This document shows positions 17,471 through 26,521 of a stretch of 64,000 bases of DNA, in pieces; the stretch's first letter is position 1; the number at the start of each line of letters is the position of its first letter. Origin of the DNA: Nitrospirota bacterium (GTDB taxonomy: Bacteria; Nitrospirota; Thermodesulfovibrionia; UBA6902); the NCBI GenBank assembly GCA_016234115.1, contig JACRHD010000067.1, positions 13,875-77,874 of the forward strand, written 5' to 3'. A program made the translations under genes and the position numbers. Under the pieces are notes generated by a model. It was not told where the DNA came from, made no database searches, and was given only the letters and a program-made list of their open reading frames with translations.

Positions 17471-18211
17471 ATGACAACATGGAAAGACAACATCCACTTC
17501 GTCCTCGTGGAGCCGAAAGAGCCCGGCAACATCGGCGCGGCGGCGCGGGCGATAAAGAACATGGGTTTCAAAAACCTCTCCCTCGTGAACCCTCCTCCCC
17601 ATACGACCGGCGAGGCCCGGTGGTTCGCCCGCAATGCCCATGATGTCCTGGAATCTGCGGAAATATTTTCCTCGATCAAAGACGCGATCGCCGACAAATC
17701 GGTGATAGTAGGCGCTTCACGCAGAACGGGGAGAAGACGGGGAATATTTGTCCATGCCGAACAGGGCGCCCTGAAATTATTCGAAATAGCCTCAGCAAAT
17801 AAAGTCGCTGTTCTCTTCGGGAGGGAAGACAGGGGTCTGTATAACGAAGAGATCGGGGAATGCGGCTTCCTTATGACTATACCGGCGGACAGGAAGCAGC
17901 CGTCTCTCAACCTTGCCCATGCGGTACTGATAATAGCCTATGAGCTTTCAAAGGCTGAGCACGCCACGGGAGTCACTCCTTTCCCGGGACTTGTCGGCCA
18001 TAAAGAGCTTTCGCCCCTGTTTGAAAGAATCGAAGAGACATTGACAGGGCTTGGATATATCAGGCAAAGCGACGGAGATCTTCGCAAGAAGATAATTCAG
18101 AACCTCAAACACTTTATAGGCCGCGCGGGACTGACTGAATGGGAATTGAAGATGTTTCAGGGGATATGCAGCCGCATTGAGAAGAAGTTATCTTCCCCGA
18201 ATAATTCATAG
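17471..18211 (+). CDS. trmJ: TrmJ/LasT-family SPOUT RNA methyltransferase
   Basis: VLVEPKEPGNIGAAARAIKNMG, LFGREDRGL, SLNLAHAV. Confidence 0.88.
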   Translation: MTTWKDNIHFVLVEPKEPGNIGAAARAIKNMGFKNLSLVNPPPHTTGEARWFARNAHDVLESAEIFSSIKDAIADKSVIVGASRRTGRRRGIFVHAEQGALKLFEIASANKVAVLFGREDRGLYNEEIGECGFLMTIPADRKQPSLNLAHAVLIIAYELSKAEHATGVTPFPGLVGHKELSPLFERIEETLTGLGYIRQSDGDLRKKIIQNLKHFIGRAGLTEWELKMFQGICSRIEKKLSSPNNS

Positions 18212-18234
18212 CAAACGTTGTTCCGATGTTATTG

Positions 18235-18615
18235 TTATTGCAAAGTTATTTCGCTGATTGAACTGACTATTTTAAGCTTGAAGGAAGTAAAATTTGACAT
18301 CAGTGTCGCTCCGATCTTGATGAAACCGGAATTAGTGACCAGCCAAACAGTATCAATTTGGTCCTTCAGTGACTTAAGCGCATTCTGCCATTTATTTCTT
18401 GCTTCGGTTTCATATCCATCCATTTCGAGGCAATCCCAAACTATGACGATCTTCTTCCCCGGTTTGGAAATAAAGGCTTCCTTCCATTTACTGATCGCCA
18501 TGAGCGCCATCTGTTCTGAAAATTTCCCTTTAAATGTAAATTTGAGACACTCTTGTCCTGATTTTTGCATCCATTCTACCCTGGGATTCACAGTATTCTC
18601 CTTTGCGCCGTTCAT
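18235..18615 (-). CDS. Hypothetical protein, possibly STAS/SEC14-like
   Basis: Clean AT-rich ORF with an alpha/beta pattern; sigma28-like promoter upstream. Confidence 0.6.
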   Translation of the reverse strand: MNGAKENTVNPRVEWMQKSGQECLKFTFKGKFSEQMALMAISKWKEAFISKPGKKIVIVWDCLEMDGYETEARNKWQNALKSLKDQIDTVWLVTNSGFIKIGATLMSNFTSFKLKIVSSISEITLQ

Positions 18616-18626
18616 AATTAAAGACG

Positions 18627-18653
18627 TTATCGGAATTAATAATAATTACTTTA
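18627..18653 (-). promoter_or_regulatory. Sigma28 (FliA)-type promoter
   Basis: TAAAGTAA-N11-TCCGATAA, near consensus with exact spacing. Confidence 0.65.
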
Positions 18654-18777
18654 GAACATAGATCGCAGCCGCTTCCTGAGTGAAACTCTCATTCGCGCCC
18701 GGAAGGGGGCCGGCAGTAAGAATAATTACATATGGACGGCTACAGATAAATAAATAAATCGAATATAATATACAACA

Positions 18778-19137
18778 ATGAAATACGGCGAAAAGGCTAT
18801 ATCTAAGGCAAAACTTGAAAAATGGCCCAATCCTTCCCCTGACAGGGATTACACCATTGATATCAGTTTTCCTGAATTTACCTGTTTGTGCCCGCGCTCG
18901 GGTTACCCCGACTTCGCCACAATTTCCGTCAGCTACACTCCCGACAAATACATTGTCGAGCTCAAGTCGCTGAAGCTCTACCTGAACAAATTCAGGAATC
19001 AGCACATATCGCATGAATCAGTGACAAACCTGATATTCGACGACCTGAGGAAACTCCTGAAGCCTCGAAGCCTCGAAGTCACCGGGGATTTCAATCCGAG
19101 AGGAAACGTTAAAACGGTGATCAGGGTATCGTTATAG
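18778..19137 (+). CDS. queF: PreQ1 synthase (QueF type I)
   Basis: [33 protein letters not shown]. Confidence 0.96.
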   Translation: MKYGEKAISKAKLEKWPNPSPDRDYTIDISFPEFTCLCPRSGYPDFATISVSYTPDKYIVELKSLKLYLNKFRNQHISHESVTNLIFDDLRKLLKPRSLEVTGDFNPRGNVKTVIRVSL

Positions 19138-19158
19138 AACATAATGAGTCACGATCAA

Positions 19159-19235
19159 CGTCATTCCCGCGAAGGCGGGAATCCATTCTTCTTATTGTTA
19201 GAAATGGATTCCCGATTACTACCTCGGGAATGACA
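19159..19235. repeat. RS3-like double-hairpin repeat, copy 2
   Basis: GTCATTCCCGCGAAGGCGGGAATCCA ... TGGATTCCCGA..TCGGGAATGAC. Confidence 0.8.
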
Positions 19236-19249
19236 AGTCTTACGGTTGG

Positions 19250-20014
19250 CTAATAATTCAGGAGCTTCATCCCTGCGCCCAACGGGACAGCGGCTTTTAT
19301 CGCATTCCCTACAAACTCCCTGGCCCTGATAAACGACTCCCTTACATCATGTTCGAGGGCGAGACCCGCGGCGATTACGGATGCAAAGACGCATCCGGTG
19401 CCGTGGAATTCTCCCTCGATCTTCGCGCTGCCGATATGCAAATAATCATTCCCGTCAAACAGCATGTCCTCCACCTCTTCTTCCATGTGCCCGCCTGTTA
19501 TGATCACCGTCTCGCTTCCGAAGTCTCTGAGTTTCACCATGGCGTCCCTGATATCTTTTTCATCCTTTATATCCATACCCGTAAGGACGGAGGCCTCATA
19601 GATGTTAGGCGTAATGACCCTGGCAAGAGGGAACAGGAATTTTTTTACCGCGTCAAGCACGCCCTCCCGGACAAGCATCACCCCTGTGGATGACACCGTC
19701 ACCGGATCGACGACAAGGTTTCGAAGAGAGTAATTACGGATTTTGTCGGCTGTGATCTCCACGATTTCAGGCGAATAAAGCATCCCGGTCTTCAGGGCGT
19801 CAGGCCTGATATCCTTCAACAGGGTATCGAGCTGCGTCGCAAAAAAATCAGCCGGTATCTCCCTTATGCTGTAAACGCCTTCGGTATTCTGCGCGGTAAG
19901 CACAGAGGGAACGCTGAGCCCGTAAACTCCCATTGCCTTGAATGTCTTAAGATCCGCCTGCAATCCCGCGCCCCCGGTGGGGTCGGAGCCGGCTATGGTA
20001 AGCGCTGTTTTCAT
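19250..20014 (-). CDS. thiD: Hydroxymethylpyrimidine/phosphomethylpyrimidine kinase
   Basis: LTIAGSDPTGGAGLQADLKT, KTGML, ITPNIYEA, HGTGC. Confidence 0.95.
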   Translation of the reverse strand: MKTALTIAGSDPTGGAGLQADLKTFKAMGVYGLSVPSVLTAQNTEGVYSIREIPADFFATQLDTLLKDIRPDALKTGMLYSPEIVEITADKIRNYSLRNLVVDPVTVSSTGVMLVREGVLDAVKKFLFPLARVITPNIYEASVLTGMDIKDEKDIRDAMVKLRDFGSETVIITGGHMEEEVEDMLFDGNDYLHIGSAKIEGEFHGTGCVFASVIAAGLALEHDVRESFIRAREFVGNAIKAAVPLGAGMKLLNY

Positions 20015-20048
20015 GAAAAAACTATATCAGGTTGTATATGATATTGCA

Positions 20049-20696
20049 ATGACGAAAACGGTTCTCAAGATCAGGTCCCTCCTGAAAAAATACGCAAGGC
20101 GCGCCTTCGACCTCGGCCTGGTCTGGGGTACAAGCGGGAACGTGAGCATCAGGGCGGGAGCAGACACTTTTTTCATAACCGCCACCGGCAAAAGTCTCGG
20201 AGATATGACCGATAAGGATTTGGTCCTTTGCAGGATAGGCAGAGACCGGTCCCATAAAAAAGCCTCTATGGAATGGAGGCTCCACAGTGAAATTTACGAA
20301 AGCAGAAAAGACGCAAATGCCGTCTTTCATTCACAGCCGCCCTACAGCACTATTATCGCCTGCGCCAGAGACAAAAAAATAAAGACCGCGCTCATCCCGG
20401 AGACTATCGCTTATCTCAGGCAAATTGAGATAATTCCTTACTGCCACGCCGGCAGTGTAGAGCTTGCAAAAAAATGCGGCGAGGCCGCAAAGAGGGCCGA
20501 TGTCCTCCTTCTTGAAAATCACGGCGTAATCACAGTCGGCTCCGGCATTGAAGAGGCGGTAAATAAGACTTTGACTTTTGAGTTCCTGTGCGGGTTATCT
20601 GTATTATCAAAGGCCGCGGGTATCGAATTGAAGGCGATCAATACCCGTCAGGCGCGTGAATTCTTAAGCCTGCTGGGGGGAAAGAACAAAGCATAA
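20049..20696 (+). CDS. Class II aldolase/adducin family protein
   Basis: GTSGNVS, SMEWRLH, VFHSQP, LLENHG. Start reassigned to ATG 20049 to avoid overlapping thiD. Confidence 0.88.
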   Translation: MTKTVLKIRSLLKKYARRAFDLGLVWGTSGNVSIRAGADTFFITATGKSLGDMTDKDLVLCRIGRDRSHKKASMEWRLHSEIYESRKDANAVFHSQPPYSTIIACARDKKIKTALIPETIAYLRQIEIIPYCHAGSVELAKKCGEAAKRADVLLLENHGVITVGSGIEEAVNKTLTFEFLCGLSVLSKAAGIELKAINTRQAREFLSLLGGKNKA

Positions 20697-20713
20697 GCCA
20701 TGACTCTGTTTTA

Positions 20714-20811
20714 CGTCATGCCCGAAGTTTTTTATCGGGCATCCAGCGCCTTTAATCTGGATTCCCGCTTAAGAACTGCCAACAGTAGGTGCTTTAGGCA
20801 CGGGAATGACG
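20714..20811. repeat. RS3-like double-hairpin repeat, copy 3
   Basis: CGTCATGCCCGA..TCGGGCATCCAG ... CTGGATTCCCG...CGGGAATGACG. Confidence 0.75.
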
Positions 20812-20842
20812 GCAGTGGCCCAAGGCAGAGACTGAAAATACT

Positions 20843-21340
20843 ATGGAAGAGCTTCTTGATGTCGTTAATGAAAAAGGCGAGGTAATCGATACCCTTCCCC
20901 GCTCCGTTATTCACGGCAATCCGTCGCTGATGCACAGGGTCGTGCACGTCCTCGTCTTCAATATAAAGGGTGACCTTCTGCTTCAGAGACGTTCCATGAA
21001 CAAGGACGTAGCGCCGGGGAAGTGGGACACTTCGGTGGGAGGACATATTGATCACGGAGAAGAGGTGATCGAATCGGTACGCCGTGAAATGGAGGAAGAA
21101 TTAGGTGTCACAACATGCGGGCCTGAATTCCTGTACACTTACATTCACTCTAATCCTTATGAGACCGAAGTTGTGTACACACATTCATGTGTTTATGAAG
21201 GGGATGTAAGATTCAATAAAGAAGAAATCGATGAGGTTCGATTCTGGGGTATCGACGAAATCAGACACAATCTCGGCAAAGGCATCTTCAGCGACAACTT
21301 CGAGCATGAGTTCAGGACGTATATGGAGTTTCAAAAATAA
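20843..21340 (+). CDS. NUDIX hydrolase (IPP isomerase type 1/YfcD-like)
   Basis: HRVVHVLVFN, LQRRS, GGHIDHGE...RREMEEELG Nudix box. Confidence 0.88.
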   Translation: MEELLDVVNEKGEVIDTLPRSVIHGNPSLMHRVVHVLVFNIKGDLLLQRRSMNKDVAPGKWDTSVGGHIDHGEEVIESVRREMEEELGVTTCGPEFLYTYIHSNPYETEVVYTHSCVYEGDVRFNKEEIDEVRFWGIDEIRHNLGKGIFSDNFEHEFRTYMEFQK

Positions 21341-21359
21341 AAGGTGTTGTTGGAGAAGT

Positions 21360-21436
21360 TTCCCCCTTTGTAAAAGGGGGATGAAGGGGGATTTTCAGAA
21401 AATCTCCCCCTAACCCCTCTTTGCCAAAGAGGGGGG
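21360..21436. repeat. CCCCCTTT/AGGGGG REP-like composite palindrome
   Basis: TCCCCCTTTgtAAAAGGGGGA..AGGGGGATTT..AAATCTCCCCCT..CCCCTCTTTgccAAAGAGGGG, between convergent genes. Confidence 0.7.
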
Positions 21437-21454
21437 AAACCCTCTGAGGCCAGG

Positions 21455-21733
21455 TTAGGCCGGTAATTTATACCCGACTCCCGCAAATTGTATGTTCGCC
21501 TCATTATCGCATCTCGGCGGAGATACAGCGTGAACGCCTCCGCATTTCGGACACTTCCCTACAAATGTTTTAAGAGTGAACGGTTCTCCGCAGCCCCGGC
21601 ATTTTGTTCTCAATTCCTTCGGCAGGGGCTGGTCTTTTATCGCCCCTCCGTGCGCATTGTAAACGAACTCTACAAGCTCTTTCCCTTCTGAAAACGGTCC
21701 CGCGCCGGAACTGCAACTTCCGCAACTTCCCAT
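21455..21733 (-). CDS. Small Cys-rich zinc-ribbon-like protein
   Basis: CGSC, CRGC, CPKC and one further Cys; GGAGG RBS. Confidence 0.8.
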   Translation of the reverse strand: MGSCGSCSSGAGPFSEGKELVEFVYNAHGGAIKDQPLPKELRTKCRGCGEPFTLKTFVGKCPKCGGVHAVSPPRCDNEANIQFAGVGYKLPA

Positions 21734-21774
21734 ATTTACACCTCCGAATATTTTGTTATCCTTCCGGATAACCT

Positions 21775-21819
21775 ATTATATTGATCGTCCTCAACGAAAT
21801 AGTATGACAGGCATCATAC
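21775..21819 (-). promoter_or_regulatory. Class II Crp/Fnr-family promoter
   Basis: GTATGA-N6-TCATAC palindrome (21802-21819) centred about -42.5 relative to a start implied by TATAAT (21780-21775). Confidence 0.55.
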
Positions 21820-21820
21820 G

Positions 21821-21888
21821 TAGCGATCAGCTTTCAGCACTCAGCTAAGGCAGTATGTCTTTCCTGGCTGACCGCTGAAAGCTGAGAC
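21821..21888. repeat. Inverted array of 7-nt units (CAGC type) overlapping the mocA 3' end
   Basis: TAGCGAT CAGCTTT CAGCACT CAGC ... GCTGACC GCTGAAA GCTGA. Confidence 0.65.
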
Positions 21889-22507
21889 CTGAAGGCCGGG
21901 CAGGGCCGGGCTTAGATTCGTGAGGTGCAAGATTCAGCAGGTTCTCGTAATCCTCCATAGTATCTATATCAAGGACGACTCCCCTATCCTCTACCTCGAC
22001 GGGCCTTATCCTTTCAGGATATTTCCCTATGACGTCTCTCAGAGTACCGCCTTTATGAATGTCTTTCAATAAAATACTCGGTAAAAGGACGGGGTGCCCT
22101 TTTCTCATCTCATACCTGGGAACAAGTATCCTGTCAGGTTTCTGATGATGAAGGGACACAAGGACCTGTATGGTCGCGGAAGACGCCATCGGGTGGTCGG
22201 CGAGACTTATCAAAATCCCGGTGGAAGAGCAGTCAACACTCCGGAGACCTGTTCTCAATGATTCAGCCATATCGCTGCCGGGGACCGTGTTGAATACGAC
22301 ACGAACGGGAAGTCCGCCCACGATATTGATTAAATCCGGATTGCGCTCACCAAGCACGACGACAATATCGTCAAGCCCTGCCGACAGAAGGGCGTCGAGG
22401 CTGTGTCTTATTATTGGCTTACCCTTCAGGGGAAGGAGCTGCTTTAACTGCCCCATTCTCTTTGACGAACCCGCCGCAAGCAGGACCGCCGAAACACGCC
22501 CCTCCAT
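21845..22507 (-). CDS. mocA: Molybdenum cofactor cytidylyltransferase (MocA-like)
   Basis: LLAAGSSKRMGQLKQLL, LADHP, GHPVL, DIDTMEDY; follows xdhC. Confidence 0.85.
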   Translation of the reverse strand: MEGRVSAVLLAAGSSKRMGQLKQLLPLKGKPIIRHSLDALLSAGLDDIVVVLGERNPDLINIVGGLPVRVVFNTVPGSDMAESLRTGLRSVDCSSTGILISLADHPMASSATIQVLVSLHHQKPDRILVPRYEMRKGHPVLLPSILLKDIHKGGTLRDVIGKYPERIRPVEVEDRGVVLDIDTMEDYENLLNLAPHESKPGPARPSGLSFQRSARKDILP

Positions 22508-23264
22508 TTCTCCTCCTGTGCTGTATGATTTGGGCCATAATGCTTATCGCTATTTCCTCGGGTGTTACAGACCCAATGGACAGACCGACCGGCGTGATAA
22601 TCCTGTTTATCGTTTCTTCAGTCAATCCCGCGTCGCGTAATGACCTGAAAAGGAGCGCCATTTTGCGCCGGCTCCCTACCAGACCCACGTAACACGCCTC
22701 GGTCTCCAACGCCGCCTTCAAGGCATCGAGGTCATGATTGTGTCCCCTCGTTGCTATGACGATGTAAGTATTGTTATCGACGGCGCATCTCGTAATAATG
22801 CTCCCGAATTCATGGACGACAATATCGTGCGCGTGGGGTATGTTTTTCCTGTTTGCGTACTCTTCCCTGTCGTCGGAGACCGCGACGCGAAAGCCTGCAA
22901 ACCTCGCGACCGATGAAAGCGCTTTACCCACATGTCCCGCGCCTAATATCACAAGTCTCGGCTCGGAGACAACCGGTTCAATGTATATAAGTATTTTCCC
23001 TCCGCAGACGAGCCCGCCGTGTCTTTCGGTAAGCTCAAAAGGAATTGTCCGGGGAGAACCGTCCTTGATCGCCATCAGCGAGGCCTGTACCACTTCCGCC
23101 TCTATGCATCCCCCTCCCAATGTCCCGGCGATAGAACCGTCATCCCGCACAAGCATCTTGGAGCCTTCCCTCTGGGGCGCCGAGCCTGCGCACTGCACAA
23201 TCGTGGCGACGGCGCATTGCCTGCCTTCATTTTTAAGTCTCACTATCTCTTCGTAAATTTCCAT
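22419..23264 (-). CDS. xdhC: XdhC/CoxI molybdoenzyme maturation protein
   Basis: GSAPQREGSKM, GTLGGGCIE, CGG, GAGHVG, ATRGH, TPEEIAISI. Confidence 0.92.
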   Translation of the reverse strand: MEIYEEIVRLKNEGRQCAVATIVQCAGSAPQREGSKMLVRDDGSIAGTLGGGCIEAEVVQASLMAIKDGSPRTIPFELTERHGGLVCGGKILIYIEPVVSEPRLVILGAGHVGKALSSVARFAGFRVAVSDDREEYANRKNIPHAHDIVVHEFGSIITRCAVDNNTYIVIATRGHNHDLDALKAALETEACYVGLVGSRRKMALLFRSLRDAGLTEETINRIITPVGLSIGSVTPEEIAISIMAQIIQHRRRNGGACFGGPACGGFVKENGAVKAAPSPEG

Positions 23265-23450
23265 ATATCAACTGTTCCAGCCGCTCGAACCGTTTGAACC
23301 GTTCGAGCCGTCTCCTGTATTTCGTCAATCCTTCCCGAAATCAATCCAGTTATTACTTAACATTCCTCGCTTCTCGCAACGCAGGACTCGTTTCGGGAGG
23401 GACTCCCGAAACACAAAAATCTGCGTAATCTGCGTAATGTGTGGATTAAT

Positions 23451-25589
23451 TTACACACGTATCGGCAATCTTCGTACGCGGTTACCGGTAAGCGCGAAAA
23501 CGGCATTAGCCACCGCAGGCGCGACCGGGGGCACCCCCGGCTCCCCTATCCCTCCGTGCTTCTCTTCGCTCGGCATAATATGGACCTCGATCAGCGGCAT
23601 ATGGTTCATCCTTACGAGTTTGTAGTCATTGAAATTGCCCTGCTCCACCCGTCCTTTTTTAAACGTTATTTCGCCAAAGAGCGCGGCGGAAAGCCCGAAG
23701 ACCACACCGGATTCCATCTGGGCCTCGATTATGGAGGGGTTCACAATCTTACCGCAATCTACCGCGCACACGACTTTATGCACCCGTAACCCGTCTTTTT
23801 TGTTCACCGAGACTTCAGCCACCTGGGCCACATAACTCCCGAACGATTTGTGGATTGCAATGCCGCGTCCGCGTCCTTCAGGCAACGGGTCTCTCCATCC
23901 GGCCTTTTGCGCAACGAGCTCAAGCAGCGCCCTGCGTCTCGGGTCTTTATTGAGCAGTTCTCGCCGGAACTCAAGGGGGTCTCTGCCTGCCGCGTGGGCG
24001 AGCTCGTCCATAAAAGATTCAACTACAAACGCCGTGTGAGAATGCCCGACCGAGCGCCACCACAAAACGGGTATCGGATATTCCGGAGAGTGGAGCTCAA
24101 CGAGGACATTCGGGATATCATAAGGAATATTTTTCGCCCCTTCTACGGATGTTTCGTCTATACCGTCTTCGATAAGCGCCTTTTCAAACGGCGTTCCCTT
24201 TATTATGGATTGCCCGACTATCCGGTGCCTCCATGCCGTGGGATTTCCATTTCCGTCCAGGCCCGCTTCAATCCGGTCATACCACATCGGGCGGAAATAC
24301 CCTCCACGGGTGTCATCCTCACGGGTCCACATCACCTTGACCGGCTTCCTGACCGCCTTTGCCACGTGCGCTGCCTCGGATACGAAATCCGAATATGGGT
24401 TGGCGCGGCGTCCAAACCCTCCCCCGAGAAAAGTCGTATGGAGGTTTACCTGTTCAGGCTTCAGCCCGAGTATCTCGGCCGCTGAATTTCTGTCCGCACT
24501 CTGAAACTGCGTCCCCGTCCATATGTCACACCCGTCTTCACGTAAATCGACCACCGCGTTCATGGGCTCCATCGTGGCATGCGCCAAATATGGGACTTCA
24601 TATTCCGCCTTGAGTTTTTTGACGGCCTTTGCCAGGGCCGCTCCCGGATCGCCGTCTTTCCTTGCGACAGCTCCGGTCTTTTTTGAGAGAGCGGCATACT
24701 GCTTGCGCTGTTTCATGCTGCTGAAGCCGGCAAGCGGTCCTTCGTCCCATTTAATATCAAGGGCGTTCCGCCCTGATACGGCGGACCAGAAATTGTCCGC
24801 AATAACCGCAATGCCTGACGGTATCCGTTCTATGAACTTCACACCCTGCATAGCCCTTGCTTTCTCATCGCTGATACTTTTCACCCTGCCGCCGAATACA
24901 GGCGTACGCGCGACAACGGCAGTGAGCATGCCCGGCACTTTTACATCAATGCCGAAGACAGCGCTGCCCTTTACCTTTGACGGCGTGTCAAGACGCTTCA
25001 CGGGTTTCCCGATAAGTTTATAGTCCTTTGGTTCTTTCAACGGAACGTCCTGCGGCGGGCTCAATTGCGCTGCCTTCTCCACGAGACTTCCGTAGGAAAA
25101 CTGTCTCTTTGTCTCATCATGAAAAACAAACCCGTTTTCAGCCCTGCAAGCAATGGGAGATACACCCCATATCCCCGCTGCTGCCTTGACCAGCATTACG
25201 CGAGCCGTCGCTCCAGCCCTGCGCAACTGGTCCCATGTAGTCCATGTGCTTGTGCTGCCGCCGGTCCCCTGAATACCCCATATAGTGTGATTGTACGCCG
25301 GGTCCACAGGCGCGGGTTCAATGCGTATCTTCGACCAGTCGGCCTCCATCTCATCTGCCACGACCATGGGCAGCGAAGTGTAAACGCCCTGCCCCATTTC
25401 AGATTTGTTTACAATTACAGTCACAATATCATCTGTGCCGACGCGAATAAATGCATTGGGCGCAAAATTCTGAGACGATTGACCTGAAGCCCCGTTAAAG
25501 CCGGGGATCACACCTAATATCAGCCCGCCGCCGATTAATGAGCCCGTTTTAATAAATTCCCGCCTGCTTATGTTGATTATCATGTTCAT
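23451..25589 (-). CDS. Xanthine dehydrogenase-family molybdopterin subunit (IorB-like) with Tat signal
   Basis: [46 protein letters not shown]. Start 25589 overlaps the upstream stop as ATGA. Confidence 0.92.
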   Translation of the reverse strand: MNMIINISRREFIKTGSLIGGGLILGVIPGFNGASGQSSQNFAPNAFIRVGTDDIVTVIVNKSEMGQGVYTSLPMVVADEMEADWSKIRIEPAPVDPAYNHTIWGIQGTGGSTSTWTTWDQLRRAGATARVMLVKAAAGIWGVSPIACRAENGFVFHDETKRQFSYGSLVEKAAQLSPPQDVPLKEPKDYKLIGKPVKRLDTPSKVKGSAVFGIDVKVPGMLTAVVARTPVFGGRVKSISDEKARAMQGVKFIERIPSGIAVIADNFWSAVSGRNALDIKWDEGPLAGFSSMKQRKQYAALSKKTGAVARKDGDPGAALAKAVKKLKAEYEVPYLAHATMEPMNAVVDLREDGCDIWTGTQFQSADRNSAAEILGLKPEQVNLHTTFLGGGFGRRANPYSDFVSEAAHVAKAVRKPVKVMWTREDDTRGGYFRPMWYDRIEAGLDGNGNPTAWRHRIVGQSIIKGTPFEKALIEDGIDETSVEGAKNIPYDIPNVLVELHSPEYPIPVLWWRSVGHSHTAFVVESFMDELAHAAGRDPLEFRRELLNKDPRRRALLELVAQKAGWRDPLPEGRGRGIAIHKSFGSYVAQVAEVSVNKKDGLRVHKVVCAVDCGKIVNPSIIEAQMESGVVFGLSAALFGEITFKKGRVEQGNFNDYKLVRMNHMPLIEVHIMPSEEKHGGIGEPGVPPVAPAVANAVFALTGNRVRRLPIRV

Positions 25590-26050
25590 GACTTCACCCC
25601 TTCCGCCATCATCTTTGAGGCGCGGTGAATGGAGCGGCGAATCCTCTGATACGTGCCGCAGCGACAAAGATTCCCGGCCATGGCAATATCAATGTCCTCA
25701 TCCGTAGGTTCGGGCTTTTCCTTCAGCAGCGCCGTCGCGGCCATTATCTGCCCCGGCTGACAGTATCCGCACTGTGGAACGTCATCATCAATCCAGGCCA
25801 TTTTGACGGGGTGATCGTCAGGAATCCCTTCGATAGTGGTAATCTCTTTCCCTAAAGCATCGCCGACAGGGGTCCGGCAAGACCTTCGCGCCTTTCCGTC
25901 TATGTGCACAGTACACGCGCCGCACTGCGCAATGCCGCAGCCATATTTCGCGCCCAGGAGGCCCAAATGTTCTCGTAAAACCCAAAGCAAGGGGATGTCG
26001 GGACTCACGTCAACTATGTGTGTCTTTCCGTTGATATGAAGTAAAATCAT
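25586..26050 (-). CDS. (2Fe-2S)-binding subunit (IorA-like)
   Basis: [31 protein letters not shown]. Confidence 0.93.
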   Translation of the reverse strand: MILLHINGKTHIVDVSPDIPLLWVLREHLGLLGAKYGCGIAQCGACTVHIDGKARRSCRTPVGDALGKEITTIEGIPDDHPVKMAWIDDDVPQCGYCQPGQIMAATALLKEKPEPTDEDIDIAMAGNLCRCGTYQRIRRSIHRASKMMAEGVKS

Positions 26051-26494
26051 GGCCGCCTCCTTACCCTAAAGACGTTAAACGTGTTTGATCCAATTAGTAT
26101 GCGTATATGCAGCTCGGGAAAGGAGCGGCTCGAGACGCCTCCCCCGTACTTACACATGTCAGGAGCGTTCATTATTGCGAAAATTATCTCACAAAAAAAC
26201 CGGCCTTGCAATCAGGCCCGGAAAACCAAAAGGCAGGTCATAGAAAGTCCAAAAATCAGATCCCGATGTTATGGGTGGCCCTTGTTCCCAATAACAATGA
26301 GGAACTTTTTATTGAAGTATATAATAATTTCAATAGTTGTGCTATTATTAATTTTATTAATAAATAATTCTTTTCCGACCCATAACATTCAGGTCACATT
26401 ATTGAATGTATGATCCCGACGACTGTCGAAATCTTAAACACTATAATAAATGTCAATAAATCTCTTTTATTTATCAACTACTAAAATATTTATG

Positions 26495-26510
26495 TGCGAA
26501 ATATTTCATA
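26495..26510. promoter_or_regulatory. CRP-like box beside the regulator's RBS (possible autoregulation)
   Basis: TGCGA-N6-TCATA; 14/16 identical to 29888-29903. Confidence 0.4.
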
Positions 26511-26521
26511 GAGGGGTTTAA

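Noticed and set aside
23270-23440. 9-nt repeats (GAACCGTTY, ATCTGCGTA) and the hairpin TTTCGGGAG-GGA-CTCCCGAAA
   Set aside because: Single, short and degenerate; probably more REP-like debris and not enough to call a feature.
26100-26170. GGAAAGGAG and GCCTCCCCCGTA words reminiscent of the Moco riboswitch near the molybdoenzyme operon
   Set aside because: Wrong strand for the operon and reversed order relative to the Moco motif. An Rfam scan would settle it.
57-26413. Many alternative ORFs overlapping real genes (e.g. 950-1609, 3490-4047, 4662-5258, 23850-24485, 24523-25023)
   Set aside because: Antisense or shifted-frame shadows of genes with clear family motifs; no motifs or RBS of their own.
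26081-26413. ORFs 26081-26413 and 26107-26367
   Set aside because: No RBS or motifs; they run through AT-rich promoter sequence.
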